From Dickeya solani IPO 2222 (GTDB lineage Bacteria > Pseudomonadota > Gammaproteobacteria > Enterobacterales > Enterobacteriaceae), in contig NZ_CP015137.1 in assembly GCF_001644705.1 (NCBI RefSeq), positions 900,001-932,000 of the forward strand: a stretch of 32,000 nt of DNA, written 5' to 3'. Under the pieces are notes generated by a model that was given only the letters and a program-made list of their open reading frames with translations, ran no database searches and was not told where the DNA came from. Of the stretch, positions 1 to 10,142 are shown piece by piece. Both the position numbers and the translations under genes were made by a program. Each line of letters opens with the position of its first letter. Position 1 is the first letter of the stretch.

Positions 1-130
1 CCCCTTCCTGATTCAGAAGGGCACTCATCAAATGCAGCGGCTCAATAAATTGATGATCTCGTCCGAGGGCGAGAGATTGGGCATCAGCGAGGGCAAGCTG
101 GAACTTGTTGGTAAGACGATCCAGACGCAT
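1..130 (-). CDS. clpB: ClpB disaggregase, first 43 codons only (gene runs off the window start)
   Basis: Reverse complement of 1-130 starts ATG (128-130) and reads [43 protein letters not shown]. This is near-identical to the E. coli ClpB N-terminus as I recall it. It is absent from the ORF track because the window edge truncates it. Confidence 0.85.
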   Translation of the reverse strand, partial: MRLDRLTNKFQLALADAQSLALGRDHQFIEPLHLMSALLNQEG

Positions 131-171
131 AACTCCTCCCATACATACTGGTCAAAATTGCTACTGGAGAT

Positions 172-200
172 TAAGTGAGGTCATCCCTCAAAAATTCAAG
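172..200 (-). promoter_or_regulatory. Candidate sigma-32 heat-shock promoter of clpB
   Basis: Minus strand reads CTTGAA (195-200), a 14-nt spacer, then CCTCACTTA (172-180). Consensus is CTTGAAA-N13-15-CCCCATNT. It sits about 40 nt upstream of the clpB ATG. Confidence 0.45.
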
Positions 201-265
201 ATTATTTTGCCAGTAATAATAGAAGAAAAAACGTTAATCCCTCCGGATCGTCTTAATTCAATAGG

Positions 266-991
266 TTATATCAGCCAAATCAAAGTTGCCATACGTCCGG
301 TCGTTCCATCGCGCCGATAGGAGAAAAACCGGTCTGCGTCGCTGACCGTACAGTCATTGCCGCCGAACACCTGGCTAACGCCAGCGGCCTGTAAACGCAA
401 ACGGGCCAACTGGTAAATATCGGCGAGGAATTTACCATTGCGGGGGATAAAAGCGCAATCGGCAGCGGGATCGCCCTGCATAAAAGCCTCTCGCACCTCA
501 CCCCCGACTTCGAATTGCTGCGGGCCGATCGCCGGCCCCATCCATGCCAGAATGTCAGCCGAGCGAGCACGGAAATGACGTAGCGTCTGTTCCAGCACCC
601 CAGCCTGCAAGCCACGCCAGCCGGCATGCGCCGCCGCAACTTCACTGCCGTCGGCGGAGCAGAACAGGACCGGCAGACAATCGGCAGTCATTACCGCGCA
701 TACCCGATCCTTGCGGCTGGTATAGGCAGCATCGCCCGTCAGTGAAACTGGCGATGCCTGATCAAGGTTGATCACCTGTGTACCATGCACCTGTTCCAAC
801 CAGTGCGGCATGACCGGCAATCCGGCCGCGGTGACCAGACGTCGCCGGTTGTCCTGCACATGCAGCGGATCGTCTCCCACATGATTACCCAGATTGAGCG
901 AGTCATAGGGCGCGCCGCTGACGCCGCCAAGGCGAGTGGTGCTACAGGCCCGCACGGTCACCGGAGCAGGCCAGTCAGGTATTAACATCAT
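266..991 (-). CDS. pgeF: Peptidoglycan editing factor / purine nucleoside phosphorylase YfiH (PgeF) family
   Basis: ORF 266-1021. The product aligns along its length with E. coli YfiH (..WPAP..ACSTTRLGGVS.PYDSLNLG.H.GD....V..NR..L......P.WL.QVHG...; C-term FFSYRRD..TGRMA..IWLI). The start was chosen at MMLIPDWP (ATG 989-991) by alignment. Alternative in-frame starts are at 1006 and 1021. Confidence 0.85.
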   Translation of the reverse strand: MMLIPDWPAPVTVRACSTTRLGGVSGAPYDSLNLGNHVGDDPLHVQDNRRRLVTAAGLPVMPHWLEQVHGTQVINLDQASPVSLTGDAAYTSRKDRVCAVMTADCLPVLFCSADGSEVAAAHAGWRGLQAGVLEQTLRHFRARSADILAWMGPAIGPQQFEVGGEVREAFMQGDPAADCAFIPRNGKFLADIYQLARLRLQAAGVSQVFGGNDCTVSDADRFFSYRRDGTTGRMATLIWLI

Positions 992-1010
992 ATTGCCAGG
1001 CGCCATGCCA

Positions 1011-1988
1011 TCACCAGTCAAGTTGATCTTTAAACGCGACGGTATCCGCTTTCAATGCGGCAATCAGATCTACCATATCCTGCGGCAAGGGTGCATGCCA
1101 CTCCATCTCGATACCGCTGATAGGATGATAAAGACGCAACATGGTGGCGTGCAGCGCCTGACGATCAAAACTGCGCAGCGTCTCGATAAATGCCTCGGAA
1201 GCCCCTTTGGGCAGACGCGGACGACCGCCATACAGCGGGTCGCCCACCAGCGGGTGGTTGATGTGCGCCATGTGGACGCGAATCTGGTGGGTTCGGCCCG
1301 TTTCCAGCCGCAAACGCAGGCGGGTGTGTGCACGGAAATGCTCCATGATGCGATAGTGCGTCACGGCCGGTTTTCCCATCGGATGCACCGCCATGTGCGT
1401 GCGTTTGGTGGAGTGACGGGCAATCGGCTCCTCTACCGTACCGCCGGCAGTCATCGTGCCGATCGCCACCGCTTCATATTCACGGGTGATTTCACGCGCC
1501 TGCAGCGACTCCACCAGCCGGGTCTGGGCTGGCACAGTCTTGGCCACCACCATCAGACCGGTGGTGTCTTTATCCAGACGATGGACAATTCCCGCACGCG
1601 GCACATCGACAATCTCCGGATAGTGGTGCAGCAACGCGTTCAGCACGGTGCCGTCAGGATTACCGGCGCCAGGATGCACCACCAGATTACGCGGTTTATT
1701 GATCACCAGAATGTCCTCGTCTTCATAGACGATATCCAGCGAGATCGGCTGCGCTTCCCAGCGGGCATCTTCCTCGATCAAAGCATCAATAGCGACAGAC
1801 TCCCCGCCAAGCACTTTCTCTTTTGGTTTATCCACCATATTGCCGTTAATCTGTACCCGCTGTTCCAAAATCCACGTTTTTATGCGGGAACGTGAATAAT
1901 CAGGGAACAATTCGGCCAAAGCCTGATCTAAACGTTGTCCAAGTTGAGATTCGGCCACCGTCGCGGTGAGTTGTACTTGTTGGGACAT
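1011..1988 (-). CDS. rluD: 23S rRNA pseudouridine(1911/1915/1917) synthase RluD
   Basis: 325-aa ORF, near-collinear with E. coli RluD (QVQLTATV..QLGQRLDQALAE.FPDYSRSRIK.WI...; HRLDKDTTGLMVVAKT catalytic motif). Confidence 0.95.
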   Translation of the reverse strand: MSQQVQLTATVAESQLGQRLDQALAELFPDYSRSRIKTWILEQRVQINGNMVDKPKEKVLGGESVAIDALIEEDARWEAQPISLDIVYEDEDILVINKPRNLVVHPGAGNPDGTVLNALLHHYPEIVDVPRAGIVHRLDKDTTGLMVVAKTVPAQTRLVESLQAREITREYEAVAIGTMTAGGTVEEPIARHSTKRTHMAVHPMGKPAVTHYRIMEHFRAHTRLRLRLETGRTHQIRVHMAHINHPLVGDPLYGGRPRLPKGASEAFIETLRSFDRQALHATMLRLYHPISGIEMEWHAPLPQDMVDLIAALKADTVAFKDQLDW

Positions 1989-2121
1989 AGTATGTTGCTT
2001 CTTATTAACGTTGGGTTTTAACGGCGATGCCGTTTAAAATAATGTACCATTGTAGCTGGTCTTAATCGGGAGCTTAACGGACAGTTTCCCGGAAAAACAC
2101 TCTGAGGATAATCAAATCGTC

Positions 2122-2856
2122 ATGACGCGTATGAAATACCTGGTGGCTGCTGCCACGTTGAGCCTGACGCTGGCTGGTTGCTCCAATTCCAAAGATGCGG
2201 TTCCCGACCGTCCACCTTCAGAACTGTATGCCACCGCCCAGGAGAAACTGCAGGACGGCAACTTTAAAGCCGCCATCACGCAGTTGGAAGCGCTGGATAA
2301 CCGTTATCCATTCGGCCCTTACTCCCAGCAGGTCCAGCTGGACCTGATCTACGCCTATTACAAATCCGCCGAGTTGCCGTTGGCTCAGGCGTCGATTGAT
2401 CGCTTCATCCGCCTGAACCCGACGCACCCGAACGTGGACTATGTCCTCTATATGCGCGGGCTGACCAACATGGCGCAGGATGACAGCACATTGCAAGGCT
2501 TCTTCGGCGTCGACCGTTCAGACCGCGATCCTCAGTATGCTCGTTCAGCGTTTAAAGCCTTCAACCAGTTGCTTCAGGGATACCCGAACAGCCAATACGC
2601 CACAGACACCAGCAAGCGCCTGGCATTCCTGAAAGAACGTCTGGCCAAGTATGAGCTTTCTGTCGCACAGTATTACACGAAACGCGGCGCTTATGTCGCT
2701 GTGGTTAACCGCGTAGAGCAAATGCTGAAGGACTATCCGGATACGCAGGCAACGCGCACCGCGCTGCCGCTGATGGAAAATGCCTATCGGGAACTGCAAT
2801 TGACTGCACAGGCCGACAAGGTGGCAAAAATCATCGCCGCCAACCCTTCTGCCTGA
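2122..2856 (+). CDS. bamD: Outer membrane protein assembly factor BamD (lipoprotein, TPR-like)
   Basis: 244-aa [24 protein letters not shown].. with a lipobox (LAGC). Highly similar to E. coli BamD/YfiO. Divergent from rluD as in E. coli. Confidence 0.95.
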   Translation: MTRMKYLVAAATLSLTLAGCSNSKDAVPDRPPSELYATAQEKLQDGNFKAAITQLEALDNRYPFGPYSQQVQLDLIYAYYKSAELPLAQASIDRFIRLNPTHPNVDYVLYMRGLTNMAQDDSTLQGFFGVDRSDRDPQYARSAFKAFNQLLQGYPNSQYATDTSKRLAFLKERLAKYELSVAQYYTKRGAYVAVVNRVEQMLKDYPDTQATRTALPLMENAYRELQLTAQADKVAKIIAANPSA

Positions 2857-2881
2857 AAAGGCGCCTGAAACCCTATTATCA

Positions 2882-2906
2882 CGGCAACTTCGGTTGCCGT
2901 TTTTTT
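2882..2906 (+). terminator. Intrinsic terminator after bamD
   Basis: CGGCAAC-TTCG-GTTGCCG followed by T7, 26 nt after the bamD stop. Confidence 0.8.
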
Positions 2907-3073
2907 CGCCCTGTTTTTTCTATCTATAGCCGATCATCCTAAATGTAACCGGATAATCCCGCCGACACATCCAATAGATAATGGCACAGCCCTGGCAAGG
3001 CGACAAGCACGCCGCGCCGGTTCCCCAAAGCCGCTCACAAATCAATTCATATGACGGAAAAGCGACCAAAAAA

Positions 3074-3089
3074 GGTGATCAAAATCACC
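3074..3089 (+). promoter_or_regulatory. Candidate cAMP-CRP site (class II position) in the raiA promoter
   Basis: GGTGATCAAAATCACC versus consensus TGTGA-N6-TCACA. A TATGCT -10-like hexamer lies at 3110-3115, which puts the site centre about 40 nt upstream of the expected TSS. E. coli raiA/yfiA is reported to be CRP-dependent. Confidence 0.4.
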
Positions 3090-3155
3090 CACTTTGCATC
3101 GACTAGGGGTATGCTGAAATTACCCAAGACGGAAAAGGCAGAGAGGTAAGTTTTT

Positions 3156-3491
3156 ATGACTATCAACATTACCAGCAAGCAGATGGATATTACCCCCGCA
3201 ATACGTCAGCATGTCGAAGACCGTCTCAGTAAACTGGATAAATGGCAGACCCACCTGATTAATCCGCACATTATCCTGTCTAAAGAGCCGCAGGGTTTTG
3301 TGGTCGACGCCACCATTAGTACGCCCAATGGCCCGTTGGTGGCCAGCGCCAAACACGAAGATATGTATACCGCTGTCAATGAACTCATCACAAAACTGGA
3401 ACGACAGCTGAACAAGGCCCAGCACAAAGGCGAAGCCCGCCGTGCGGACAGTTGCATCAAAGATGTCAATTTGCAGGCCTCGCCAGAATAG
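3156..3491 (+). CDS. raiA: Ribosome-associated translation inhibitor RaiA (YfiA / protein Y)
   Basis: 111-aa [51 protein letters not shown].., near-identical to E. coli RaiA. GAGAGG Shine-Dalgarno upstream. Confidence 0.95.
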   Translation: MTINITSKQMDITPAIRQHVEDRLSKLDKWQTHLINPHIILSKEPQGFVVDATISTPNGPLVASAKHEDMYTAVNELITKLERQLNKAQHKGEARRADSCIKDVNLQASPE

Positions 3492-3553
3492 CAGGATCGG
3501 ATGGCGCCACCGCCGCGCCTCCATTTTTAATGACAGGTTCTGTCCGTTGCCTG

Positions 3554-3579
3554 AAACGCGCCGCAAGGCGCGTTTTTTA
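3554..3579 (+). terminator. Intrinsic terminator after raiA
   Basis: AAACGCGCC-GCAA-GGCGCGTTT followed by a T-run. Confidence 0.75.
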
Positions 3580-3647
3580 CAGTTCCAATTCCCCCTCCCC
3601 CGATGGCTCAACGCTGCACGTTGCACATCGCTCCCGGCGATTTGGTA

Positions 3648-3677
3648 TTGACAGGATGAAAAGGCAACAGTTACCTT
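3648..3677 (+). promoter_or_regulatory. Candidate sigma-70 promoter of pheL-pheA
   Basis: TTGACA (3648-3653), an 18-nt spacer, then TACCTT (3672-3677), about 30 nt upstream of the pheL ATG. Confidence 0.35.
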
Positions 3678-3707
3678 AACCAACATTCCCAACAAGGATT
3701 TGGTGAC

Positions 3708-3779
3708 ATGACGCCACAACTGTTCTTCTTCGTATTCTTCTTTACTCTCCCCGGTGCGGGGGGGCGATTTGTCGTGTGA
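3708..3779 (+). CDS. pheL: pheA operon leader peptide (Phe-rich attenuation leader)
   Basis: ATG at 3708, translation MTPQLFFFVFFFTLPGAGGRFVV* (23 aa, 7 Phe codons, 6 of them in an FFFVFFF run). It lies directly upstream of an attenuator hairpin and pheA. Too short for the ORF track, so I translated it by hand. Confidence 0.85.
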   Translation: MTPQLFFFVFFFTLPGAGGRFVV

Positions 3780-3805
3780 GTAAGAATACGAAGACGAACA
3801 AAAAA

Positions 3806-3833
3806 AGCCTCCTGAAACCAGGAGGCTTTTTTA
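3806..3833 (+). terminator. pheA attenuator (leader terminator)
   Basis: AGCCTCCTG-AAAC-CAGGAGGCT followed by T6. The upstream segment TAAGAATACGAAGACGAAC (3781-3799) is nearly complementary to the Phe-codon run GTTCTTCTTCGTATTCTT, giving the alternative pairing expected of an attenuator. Confidence 0.85.
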
Positions 3834-3857
3834 TTGGACAGCAAACAGGTACACACC

Positions 3858-5015
3858 ATGACCGATAATCCATTACTGGCGCTGCGCGAGCGCATTACCG
3901 CGCTGGATATGCAACTGCTCGAACTGTTGGCGCAACGAAGGGAGCTGGCGCTGGATGTAGCGCGAGCCAAACAGCATTCCCATCGCCCCATTCGCGATAA
4001 AGAACGTGAGCGGGATTTACTGTCCCGGCTGGCGGAAGAAGGTAAAAAGCGACAACTCGACGGTCACTACATTACCCGCTTGTTCCAATTGATTATCGAA
4101 GATTCGGTGCTGACCCAGCAGGCGCTGCTGCAACAGCACCTCAATTCTGGCGCGTCGCACTCCGCCCGCGTCGCTTTTCTGGGTCCCAAAGGCTCTTACT
4201 CCCATTTAGCCGCGCGTCAGTATGCCGCACGCCATTTTGACCAGATGATTGAATGCGGCTGCCTGCGCTTTCAGGACATCATCAACCTGGTGGAAACCGG
4301 CCAGGCCGATTACGCCGTGCTGCCGATAGAAAACACCAGTTCCGGTTCAATCAACGATGTCTACGACCTGCTGCAGCACACCGGGTTATCCATCGTCGGT
4401 GAGCTGACCACGCCTATTGACCATTGCGTACTGGTCGCGGTGGATACCCAACTGGACCAGATCCAGACCGTTTACAGCCACCCACAGCCTTTCCAACAGT
4501 GCAGCCATTTCATCAACCGGTTTCCGCACTGGAAAATCGAGTACTGCGAAAGCACCGCCGCCGCTATGGCGAAAGTCGCCGAGCTCAATTCTCCGCATGC
4601 CGCCGCACTGGGCAGCGAAGCCGGTGGAATGCTTTATCAGTTGCAGGTACTGGAACACAATCTGGCCAATCAGGCGCAAAACATTACCCGATTCATCGTA
4701 CTGGCCCGTAAACCGATCGACGTCACCGAACAAGTGCCGGCTAAAACCACCTTAATCATGGCTACCGGACAGCAATCCGGCGCGCTGGTGGAAGCGCTGC
4801 TGGTCCTGCGCGAACATGGCATCGTGATGACAAAACTGGAGTCGCGGCCGATAAACGGCAATCCGTGGGAAGAGATGTTTTATATCGATGTGCAGGCCAA
4901 TCTGCGCAACGACAATACCCGTAAAGCGCTGCAGGGGCTCGCCGCCATTACCCGCTCGCTCAAAGTCCTGGGCTGCTACCCCAGCGAAAATGTGGTGCCG
5001 GTGGAACCGGCATAA
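3858..5015 (+). CDS. pheA: Bifunctional chorismate mutase / prephenate dehydratase (P-protein)
   Basis: The track ORF 3834-5015 starts at a TTG inside the attenuator T-run. Alignment to E. coli PheA ([18 protein letters not shown]..) puts the real start at ATG 3858 ([17 protein letters not shown]..). The C-terminal ACT domain ..[15 protein letters not shown] is conserved. Confidence 0.95.
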   Translation: MTDNPLLALRERITALDMQLLELLAQRRELALDVARAKQHSHRPIRDKERERDLLSRLAEEGKKRQLDGHYITRLFQLIIEDSVLTQQALLQQHLNSGASHSARVAFLGPKGSYSHLAARQYAARHFDQMIECGCLRFQDIINLVETGQADYAVLPIENTSSGSINDVYDLLQHTGLSIVGELTTPIDHCVLVAVDTQLDQIQTVYSHPQPFQQCSHFINRFPHWKIEYCESTAAAMAKVAELNSPHAAALGSEAGGMLYQLQVLEHNLANQAQNITRFIVLARKPIDVTEQVPAKTTLIMATGQQSGALVEALLVLREHGIVMTKLESRPINGNPWEEMFYIDVQANLRNDNTRKALQGLAAITRSLKVLGCYPSENVVPVEPA

Positions 5016-5060
5016 CCCACGTCGCATCGGGGTCCGAAATAGGGTCTGCCCCGGCAATAA

Positions 5061-5092
5061 AAAAGCCACCTTCGCTGGGAAGGTGGCTTTTC
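5061..5092. terminator. Bidirectional intrinsic terminator between convergent pheA and tyrA
   Basis: AAAA-AGCCACCTT-CGCTGGG-AAGGTGGCT-TTT, with an A-run on one side and a T-run on the other. Confidence 0.8.
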
Positions 5093-5118
5093 AGGAAACC
5101 ATCAGGATATCCCCAGAG

Positions 5119-6240
5119 CTACTGGCGAATATCGTTCGCCTGACGCAGCAGGGTACGGCTTTCCGCCATGAATCGCCGCGAATAATCACCGAACCAATGT
5201 TCGACTTTCTTGAAGCTGCTGACAAACGCGGCTTTATCTCCCGCTTCCAACAATGCAATCGCCTCACCAAAACGCTGATAGTAACGTTTGATCAATGCCA
5301 GATTGCTGCCGGAAGACATGATGATGTCGGCATAGAGTTGCGGGTCTTGTGCGAACAACCGCCCCACCATCGCCAGTTCAAGCCGGTATATCGGTGAAGA
5401 GAGCGCCAACAATTGTTCCAGTTGCACATTTTCTTCCGCCAGATGCACACCATAGGCAAACGTCGCAAAATGGCGCAACGCCTGAATGAACGCCATGTTT
5501 TGGTCGTGTTCCACCGCGCTGGTGCGATGAAGCCGGGCGCCCCACACCTGGATCTGCTCCAGCAACCACTGATAGGCCTCTGGCTGGCGCCCGTCACAAT
5601 ACACGACGACCTGTTTGGCCAGGCTGCCGATATCCGGACCGAACATCGGGTGCAATCCCAGCACCGGCCCTTGATGCGCCGCCAACATCGCTTGCAGCGG
5701 ACCATTCTTGACCGACGCCAAATCCACCAAAATACAGTCACCCGGCAACCGGGGCAGACGGGCAATAACCTGTTCGGTAACATGGATAGGCACACTGACG
5801 ATCACCATGCCGGCATCCGCCAACAGAGTCTCTGCCTGCGGCCAGTCTTCCTGCTCCAGGATACGCACCTGATAACCGGACAACGTCAGCATTCGGTCAA
5901 ACAGGCGGCCCATCTGACCACGCCCTCCCACGATCACAATCGGGCGCAACGACGGATAGAGCGTTTTAAACCCTTTGTCATTCTCGCTGGCGTAGGACTC
6001 CCGCATCACTCGACGCAGAACATCCTCAATCAAATCTGGGGGAACGCCCAGCGTTTCCGCTTCCTTACGTCGTGAACTCAGCATCGCTGCTTCCCGATCA
6101 GGCGCATAAATGGGCAAACCATAACGGCTCTTTACCTCGCCGACTTCCGCCACCAGATGCAGCCGACGCGACAACAACGCCAATAATGCTTTATCTACCT
6201 CATCTATCTGATCACGCAATGCGGTCAGTTCAGCGACCAT
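5119..6240 (-). CDS. tyrA: Bifunctional chorismate mutase / prephenate dehydrogenase (T-protein)
   Basis: 373-aa [23 protein letters not shown].., near-identical to E. coli TyrA throughout. Confidence 0.95.
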   Translation of the reverse strand: MVAELTALRDQIDEVDKALLALLSRRLHLVAEVGEVKSRYGLPIYAPDREAAMLSSRRKEAETLGVPPDLIEDVLRRVMRESYASENDKGFKTLYPSLRPIVIVGGRGQMGRLFDRMLTLSGYQVRILEQEDWPQAETLLADAGMVIVSVPIHVTEQVIARLPRLPGDCILVDLASVKNGPLQAMLAAHQGPVLGLHPMFGPDIGSLAKQVVVYCDGRQPEAYQWLLEQIQVWGARLHRTSAVEHDQNMAFIQALRHFATFAYGVHLAEENVQLEQLLALSSPIYRLELAMVGRLFAQDPQLYADIIMSSGSNLALIKRYYQRFGEAIALLEAGDKAAFVSSFKKVEHWFGDYSRRFMAESRTLLRQANDIRQ

Positions 6241-6252
6241 CTGTTCTTCTCC

Positions 6253-7317
6253 TCACTGATTGGCGCTTCGCGCGCTAAGCTCTTTATGAACCGAACGCAG
6301 CAATGTCTCTGTACTTTCCCAACTGATGCAGGCATCCGTCACCGATACCCCGTAACGCATGTCGGCGCGCGGTTGTTCAGAGGACTGATTACCTTCGTGG
6401 ATATGGCTCTCCAGCATCAACCCGATAATAGAACGATTACCGGACTTGATCTGTTCAATCGCGGACTCCACCACCAGCGGCTGCCGACGGTAGTCTTTGC
6501 TGGAGTTACCGTGGCTACAATCTATCATCAGCGCCGGATTCAGTCCTGCATCGCGCATCTGTTTTTCGCACTCAGCCACGTCTTCCGCGCTGTAATTCGG
6601 CTTTTTGCCGCCACGCAGGATCACGTGTCCATCCGGGTTCCCCTGCGTCTGCAATAAGCAGACCTGACCGCTCTGGTTGATACCGACAAAACGATGCGGC
6701 ATTGATGCGGCTTTCATGGCATTAATGGCGGTACCGAGGCTACCGTCAGTACCGTTCTTGAAACCCACCGGCATTGATAACCCGGAAGCCATCTCGCGGT
6801 GAGTCTGGGATTCAGTGGTTCTGGCGCCAATCGCCGACCAACTGAACAAGTCCCCCAGGTATTGCGGGCTATTCGGGTCCAGCGCTTCGGTCGCCAGCGG
6901 CAACCCCATGTTTACCAATTTAAGCAGCAAATCGCGGGCGATATGCAGCCCCGCCTCCATATCAAAGGAACCATCCATGTAGGGATCATTGATCAACCCT
7001 TTCCAGCCGACAGTGGTACGGGGTTTTTCAAAATAGACACGCATGACGATATACAGCCGATCGCTCAATTCGGCTGACAGGGATTGCAGACGACGCGCGT
7101 AATCCAGCGCAGCATCCGTATCATGAATGGAACAGGGACCACACACCACCAACAGACGCTTGTCGTTGCCATGAATAATGTCAGCAATGGTTTTACGCGA
7201 CAGAGCAATCGCCTGCTGCTCCGGCTCATTGAGCGGGAATTTGGCTTTCAGTTCGTCGGGAGTAATAAGAACCTGTTCGGCGCTGATATTAATATTATTG
7301 AGTGTGTCTTTTTGCAT
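6253..7317 (-). CDS. aroF: Tyr-sensitive 3-deoxy-7-phosphoheptulonate (DAHP) synthase
   Basis: 354-aa ORF MQKDTLNNINISAEQVLITPDELKA.., collinear with E. coli AroF. It lies 12 nt upstream of tyrA (aroF-tyrA operon). Confidence 0.95.
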   Translation of the reverse strand: MQKDTLNNINISAEQVLITPDELKAKFPLNEPEQQAIALSRKTIADIIHGNDKRLLVVCGPCSIHDTDAALDYARRLQSLSAELSDRLYIVMRVYFEKPRTTVGWKGLINDPYMDGSFDMEAGLHIARDLLLKLVNMGLPLATEALDPNSPQYLGDLFSWSAIGARTTESQTHREMASGLSMPVGFKNGTDGSLGTAINAMKAASMPHRFVGINQSGQVCLLQTQGNPDGHVILRGGKKPNYSAEDVAECEKQMRDAGLNPALMIDCSHGNSSKDYRRQPLVVESAIEQIKSGNRSIIGLMLESHIHEGNQSSEQPRADMRYGVSVTDACISWESTETLLRSVHKELSARSANQ

Positions 7318-7422
7318 GATGATGATCCTGTGTATTCCTTTGGTATAAAGGGAGCGATTTCGTCATTGTCAGTAACAGGTTCACACCTTAGCACACAGGT
7401 CGTAAATTTTTCAAGCCATAGG

Positions 7423-7440
7423 TGTAAAGTTAAAATTACT
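7423..7440. promoter_or_regulatory. Candidate TyrR box upstream of aroF
   Basis: TGTAAAGTTAAAATTACT versus consensus TGTAAA-N6-TTTACA. The invariant G-N14-C positions are kept, with 2 mismatches in the right arm. It sits about 105-125 nt upstream of the aroF ATG. Confidence 0.45.
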
Positions 7441-7959
7441 GTCGTAAAAAATTAGAAATCACAAAACTGGCCAGCGCCCTACCGGGAGAACCTCACCACC
7501 GAATGCAATAATTCATTGAAAGTGCAGGAGGTTATCGCTCTGACGTCATTTCCCCGAGTATTCAGAGGCAGAAAATCAGCAGACCTGAAATGATTTCGCA
7601 GTCTGATGATGTTACCGATGATATTTGACGAATGCGGATGACGGACTTTCACAGAATAGACCGCTGACTACCTGCTTAAACCGAGGTAAACCACGTAGCT
7701 GACAAAAATACCGATCGTCTGTGACACCCAAAAAACGTAAACAAAACTATACACCATTACTCAACATCATGACAACCATTCCCTGCAGCGGTCATAATCG
7801 TATGTTGTGGAATTTAGGAAAGCGGAAAAATGTCAGCGCTAAATTGAGTGATGAACACTTATCAGGCACAGTTATCTGAAATCACTAAAGGAAAAACAGG
7901 AAATTGCGTAATATTAGGCCGTATCCCTCCATTCTAACGCAGTCAAAACAGGTTCAATC

Positions 7960-8337
7960 ATGAGAAACGGTATCGTGTTGATAGGGCTGTTGCTCCTCGT
8001 CGGGTGCCAGTCCACTCCGTCCGTATCGCCGACTAAAGGCGAGCCCAATTTCTGGTATGACGTGGGATATAAAGATGCCACCAGCGGTGTGGTTGTCAGG
8101 GACAACGAAACACTGTCGGAATGGTCTGGCAATCCGGAGGTTGATCGCCATGCCTATCTGAATGGGTATCGAGCCGGGCAGGCAGAATGGTGCTACCCCG
8201 ATAATGTCGCAGCCTGGGGCCGGGCAGGAAAATCCTTCCCGGCTGGCTGCGATACCGTCAATAACGCAGAGAAATTGAAAAAAGTGTGGCAACACGCGGC
8301 GGATGAATCGACCAGTCATCACAGGTCAGCCGACTGA
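7960..8337 (+). CDS. Small lipoprotein, DUF2799/YfiL-like
   Basis: 125-aa ORF with signal peptide and lipobox MRNGIVLIGLLLLVGC. The W..D.G..D...G and Y..GY..G....C spacing resembles what I recall of the YfiL/DUF2799 family, and the position matches E. coli yfiL. The family call is from memory only. Confidence 0.55.
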   Translation: MRNGIVLIGLLLLVGCQSTPSVSPTKGEPNFWYDVGYKDATSGVVVRDNETLSEWSGNPEVDRHAYLNGYRAGQAEWCYPDNVAAWGRAGKSFPAGCDTVNNAEKLKKVWQHAADESTSHHRSAD

Positions 8338-8704
8338 TTTGCCCCTACCCCCTCCAAATAACCTCTATTAAGTTCTTGGGTAGTTCTGTATGAACCGGGC
8401 CAGCGAGTCGCTGGTAAGGGCATCCTATCCATTATGCTTCTCTCGTTATTCCGGACGCTTTCATCATCAGTCCGCCTGAGTATCCTGCCTATTTTGTTGC
8501 CTGCTGATACGGCTTTCGGATAAATCATCTACCTCTGGCAACAAATCAAACTTATAATAACATAACTAAATCATAACAATCCGTAACCAACCACTGGTGT
8601 CAAATGGAATTGAACGCACGCATTCGTTTTGTATTGCCATCATTGCCCTGGTCGAACATTCACCGCTTTTATTCACGCAATCAGCTGGCAAACAGGACTT
8701 TATT

Positions 8705-9655
8705 ATGAAAAGTACGTCACCGCATTCCGGACAAGGACAGCTACTGTCTCACCACTCAAGTGCGCCTGATGATCATTACGCTACGCTCGACGCGGTCAGA
8801 TCAAGAATTCGACAGGCTGGCGATCTCCCCGGCGCGACGGTGGAAGAGCAAATAGCGATTGCCGAAGAACTGGCGACATTCGACCTCGGGCAATTCCTTC
8901 TGGCGCACCGGGGGTTGAATGCCCATTGGACCCATCAGCTGGTCACCTATCCTTCCACCTCCGCAACGCGGTCATCCTACAGTGACCTGGAAAAATTGAT
9001 CTACGAGCGATTACCCGCCGTGCTCGCCACGCGTGAACGGTTCGGTATTTTCCGCCAGCAGTTACAATCACGGCTGCATGACGGAATGGTATTCGCTTCT
9101 GTTCCCTGCGGACTGATGGGGGATTTGCTGTTGCTGGATTACTCGCATCATCAGGATGTACGGTTAATCGGCGTAGACTTGGATCTGCAGGCGCTGGAGG
9201 CCGCGAATTCACTGGCTAAACAACAACATTGCGACGATCGCATCACGTTGCTGCAGTGCGATGCCTGGTCATTACAACTGCCAGAACCTGTAGATGTCCT
9301 GACCAGTAATGGACTCAACGTTTATGAACCCGATGATGAAAAGGTGACGGACCTCTATCGGGCATTCAATCAGGCACTAAAACCTGGGGGTACGTTGATC
9401 ACCAGTTTTATGACACCGCCCCCGGTGCTATCGGCAGAATCGACCTGGCAGGTCACCGAGGAAGAGCAGCGCTTACTTCCCTTACAGCACTTACTGTTTT
9501 CACGTATTTTGGAAGCCAGATGGACCGCATTCCGCACCTATTCCCAAACACAGCGCCAGTTGGAACAAGCGGGATTCAGCAACATACATTTTATTGATGA
9601 CCGCATGCGGATGTACCCTACCGTGATCGCCCGAAAAACGGAAAACGTCGCATAA
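8705..9655 (+). CDS. Class I SAM-dependent methyltransferase (substrate unknown)
   Basis: The track ORF 8597-9655 has an implausible N-terminal extension. ATG 8705 (MKSTSPHSGQ..) follows a CAGGA SD-like motif. Rossmann-MTase motifs are present: VFASVPCGLMGDLL (motif I-like), LIGVDLD (motif II acidic), LKPGGTLITSF (motif post-III). Confidence 0.7.
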   Translation: MKSTSPHSGQGQLLSHHSSAPDDHYATLDAVRSRIRQAGDLPGATVEEQIAIAEELATFDLGQFLLAHRGLNAHWTHQLVTYPSTSATRSSYSDLEKLIYERLPAVLATRERFGIFRQQLQSRLHDGMVFASVPCGLMGDLLLLDYSHHQDVRLIGVDLDLQALEAANSLAKQQHCDDRITLLQCDAWSLQLPEPVDVLTSNGLNVYEPDDEKVTDLYRAFNQALKPGGTLITSFMTPPPVLSAESTWQVTEEEQRLLPLQHLLFSRILEARWTAFRTYSQTQRQLEQAGFSNIHFIDDRMRMYPTVIARKTENVA

Positions 9656-9677
9656 CGCCAATAAGACACCAAAGAAA

Positions 9678-9702
9678 AAGGGGTGGCAAATGCCACCCCT
9701 TA
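9678..9702. terminator. Bidirectional terminator between the methyltransferase gene and rplS
   Basis: AAAAAGGGGTGGCAAATGCCACCCCTT, a GC-rich hairpin flanked by an A-run and TT. It lies 23 nt after the methyltransferase stop and 30 nt after the rplS stop. Confidence 0.7.
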
Positions 9703-9731
9703 TCGCTTTCGGATGTTGCGAAAGCGAATGC

Positions 9732-10094
<363 letters not shown>

Positions 10095-10142
10095 CTAGGT
10101 AAACTGATATATGGGTTCGTCCGGCGCTGCCGCAACGGCCCC

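Noticed and set aside
936-1895. 319-aa plus-strand ORF antisense to rluD. Similar long antisense ORFs: 20047-21240 (+) in alaS, 12482-13249 (+) in ffh, 5413-6075 (+) in tyrA, 22930-23382 (+) in recA
   Set aside because: All lie fully inside, and opposite to, genes with near-perfect matches to well-known proteins. Their products are Arg/His/Gln-rich and low-complexity, which is typical of shadow ORFs in GC-rich third-position-biased genes.
4847-4854. A perfect GCCGATAA sigma-28 -10 octamer inside pheA
   Set aside because: There is no -35 element at the correct spacing and it lies within a conserved coding region. It is a chance occurrence.
7401-7470. Additional TyrR boxes upstream of aroF (CGTAAATTTTTCAAGCCA at 7401-7418; TGTCGTAAAAAATTAGAA near 7439)
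   Set aside because: They lack the right-arm TTTACA and the G-N14-C signature. Only 7423-7440 is reported.
8319-8528. 69-aa minus-strand ORF between the lipoprotein and methyltransferase genes
   Set aside because: No SD sequence, no recognisable motif, and it overlaps the lipoprotein gene's 3' end. Probably non-coding.
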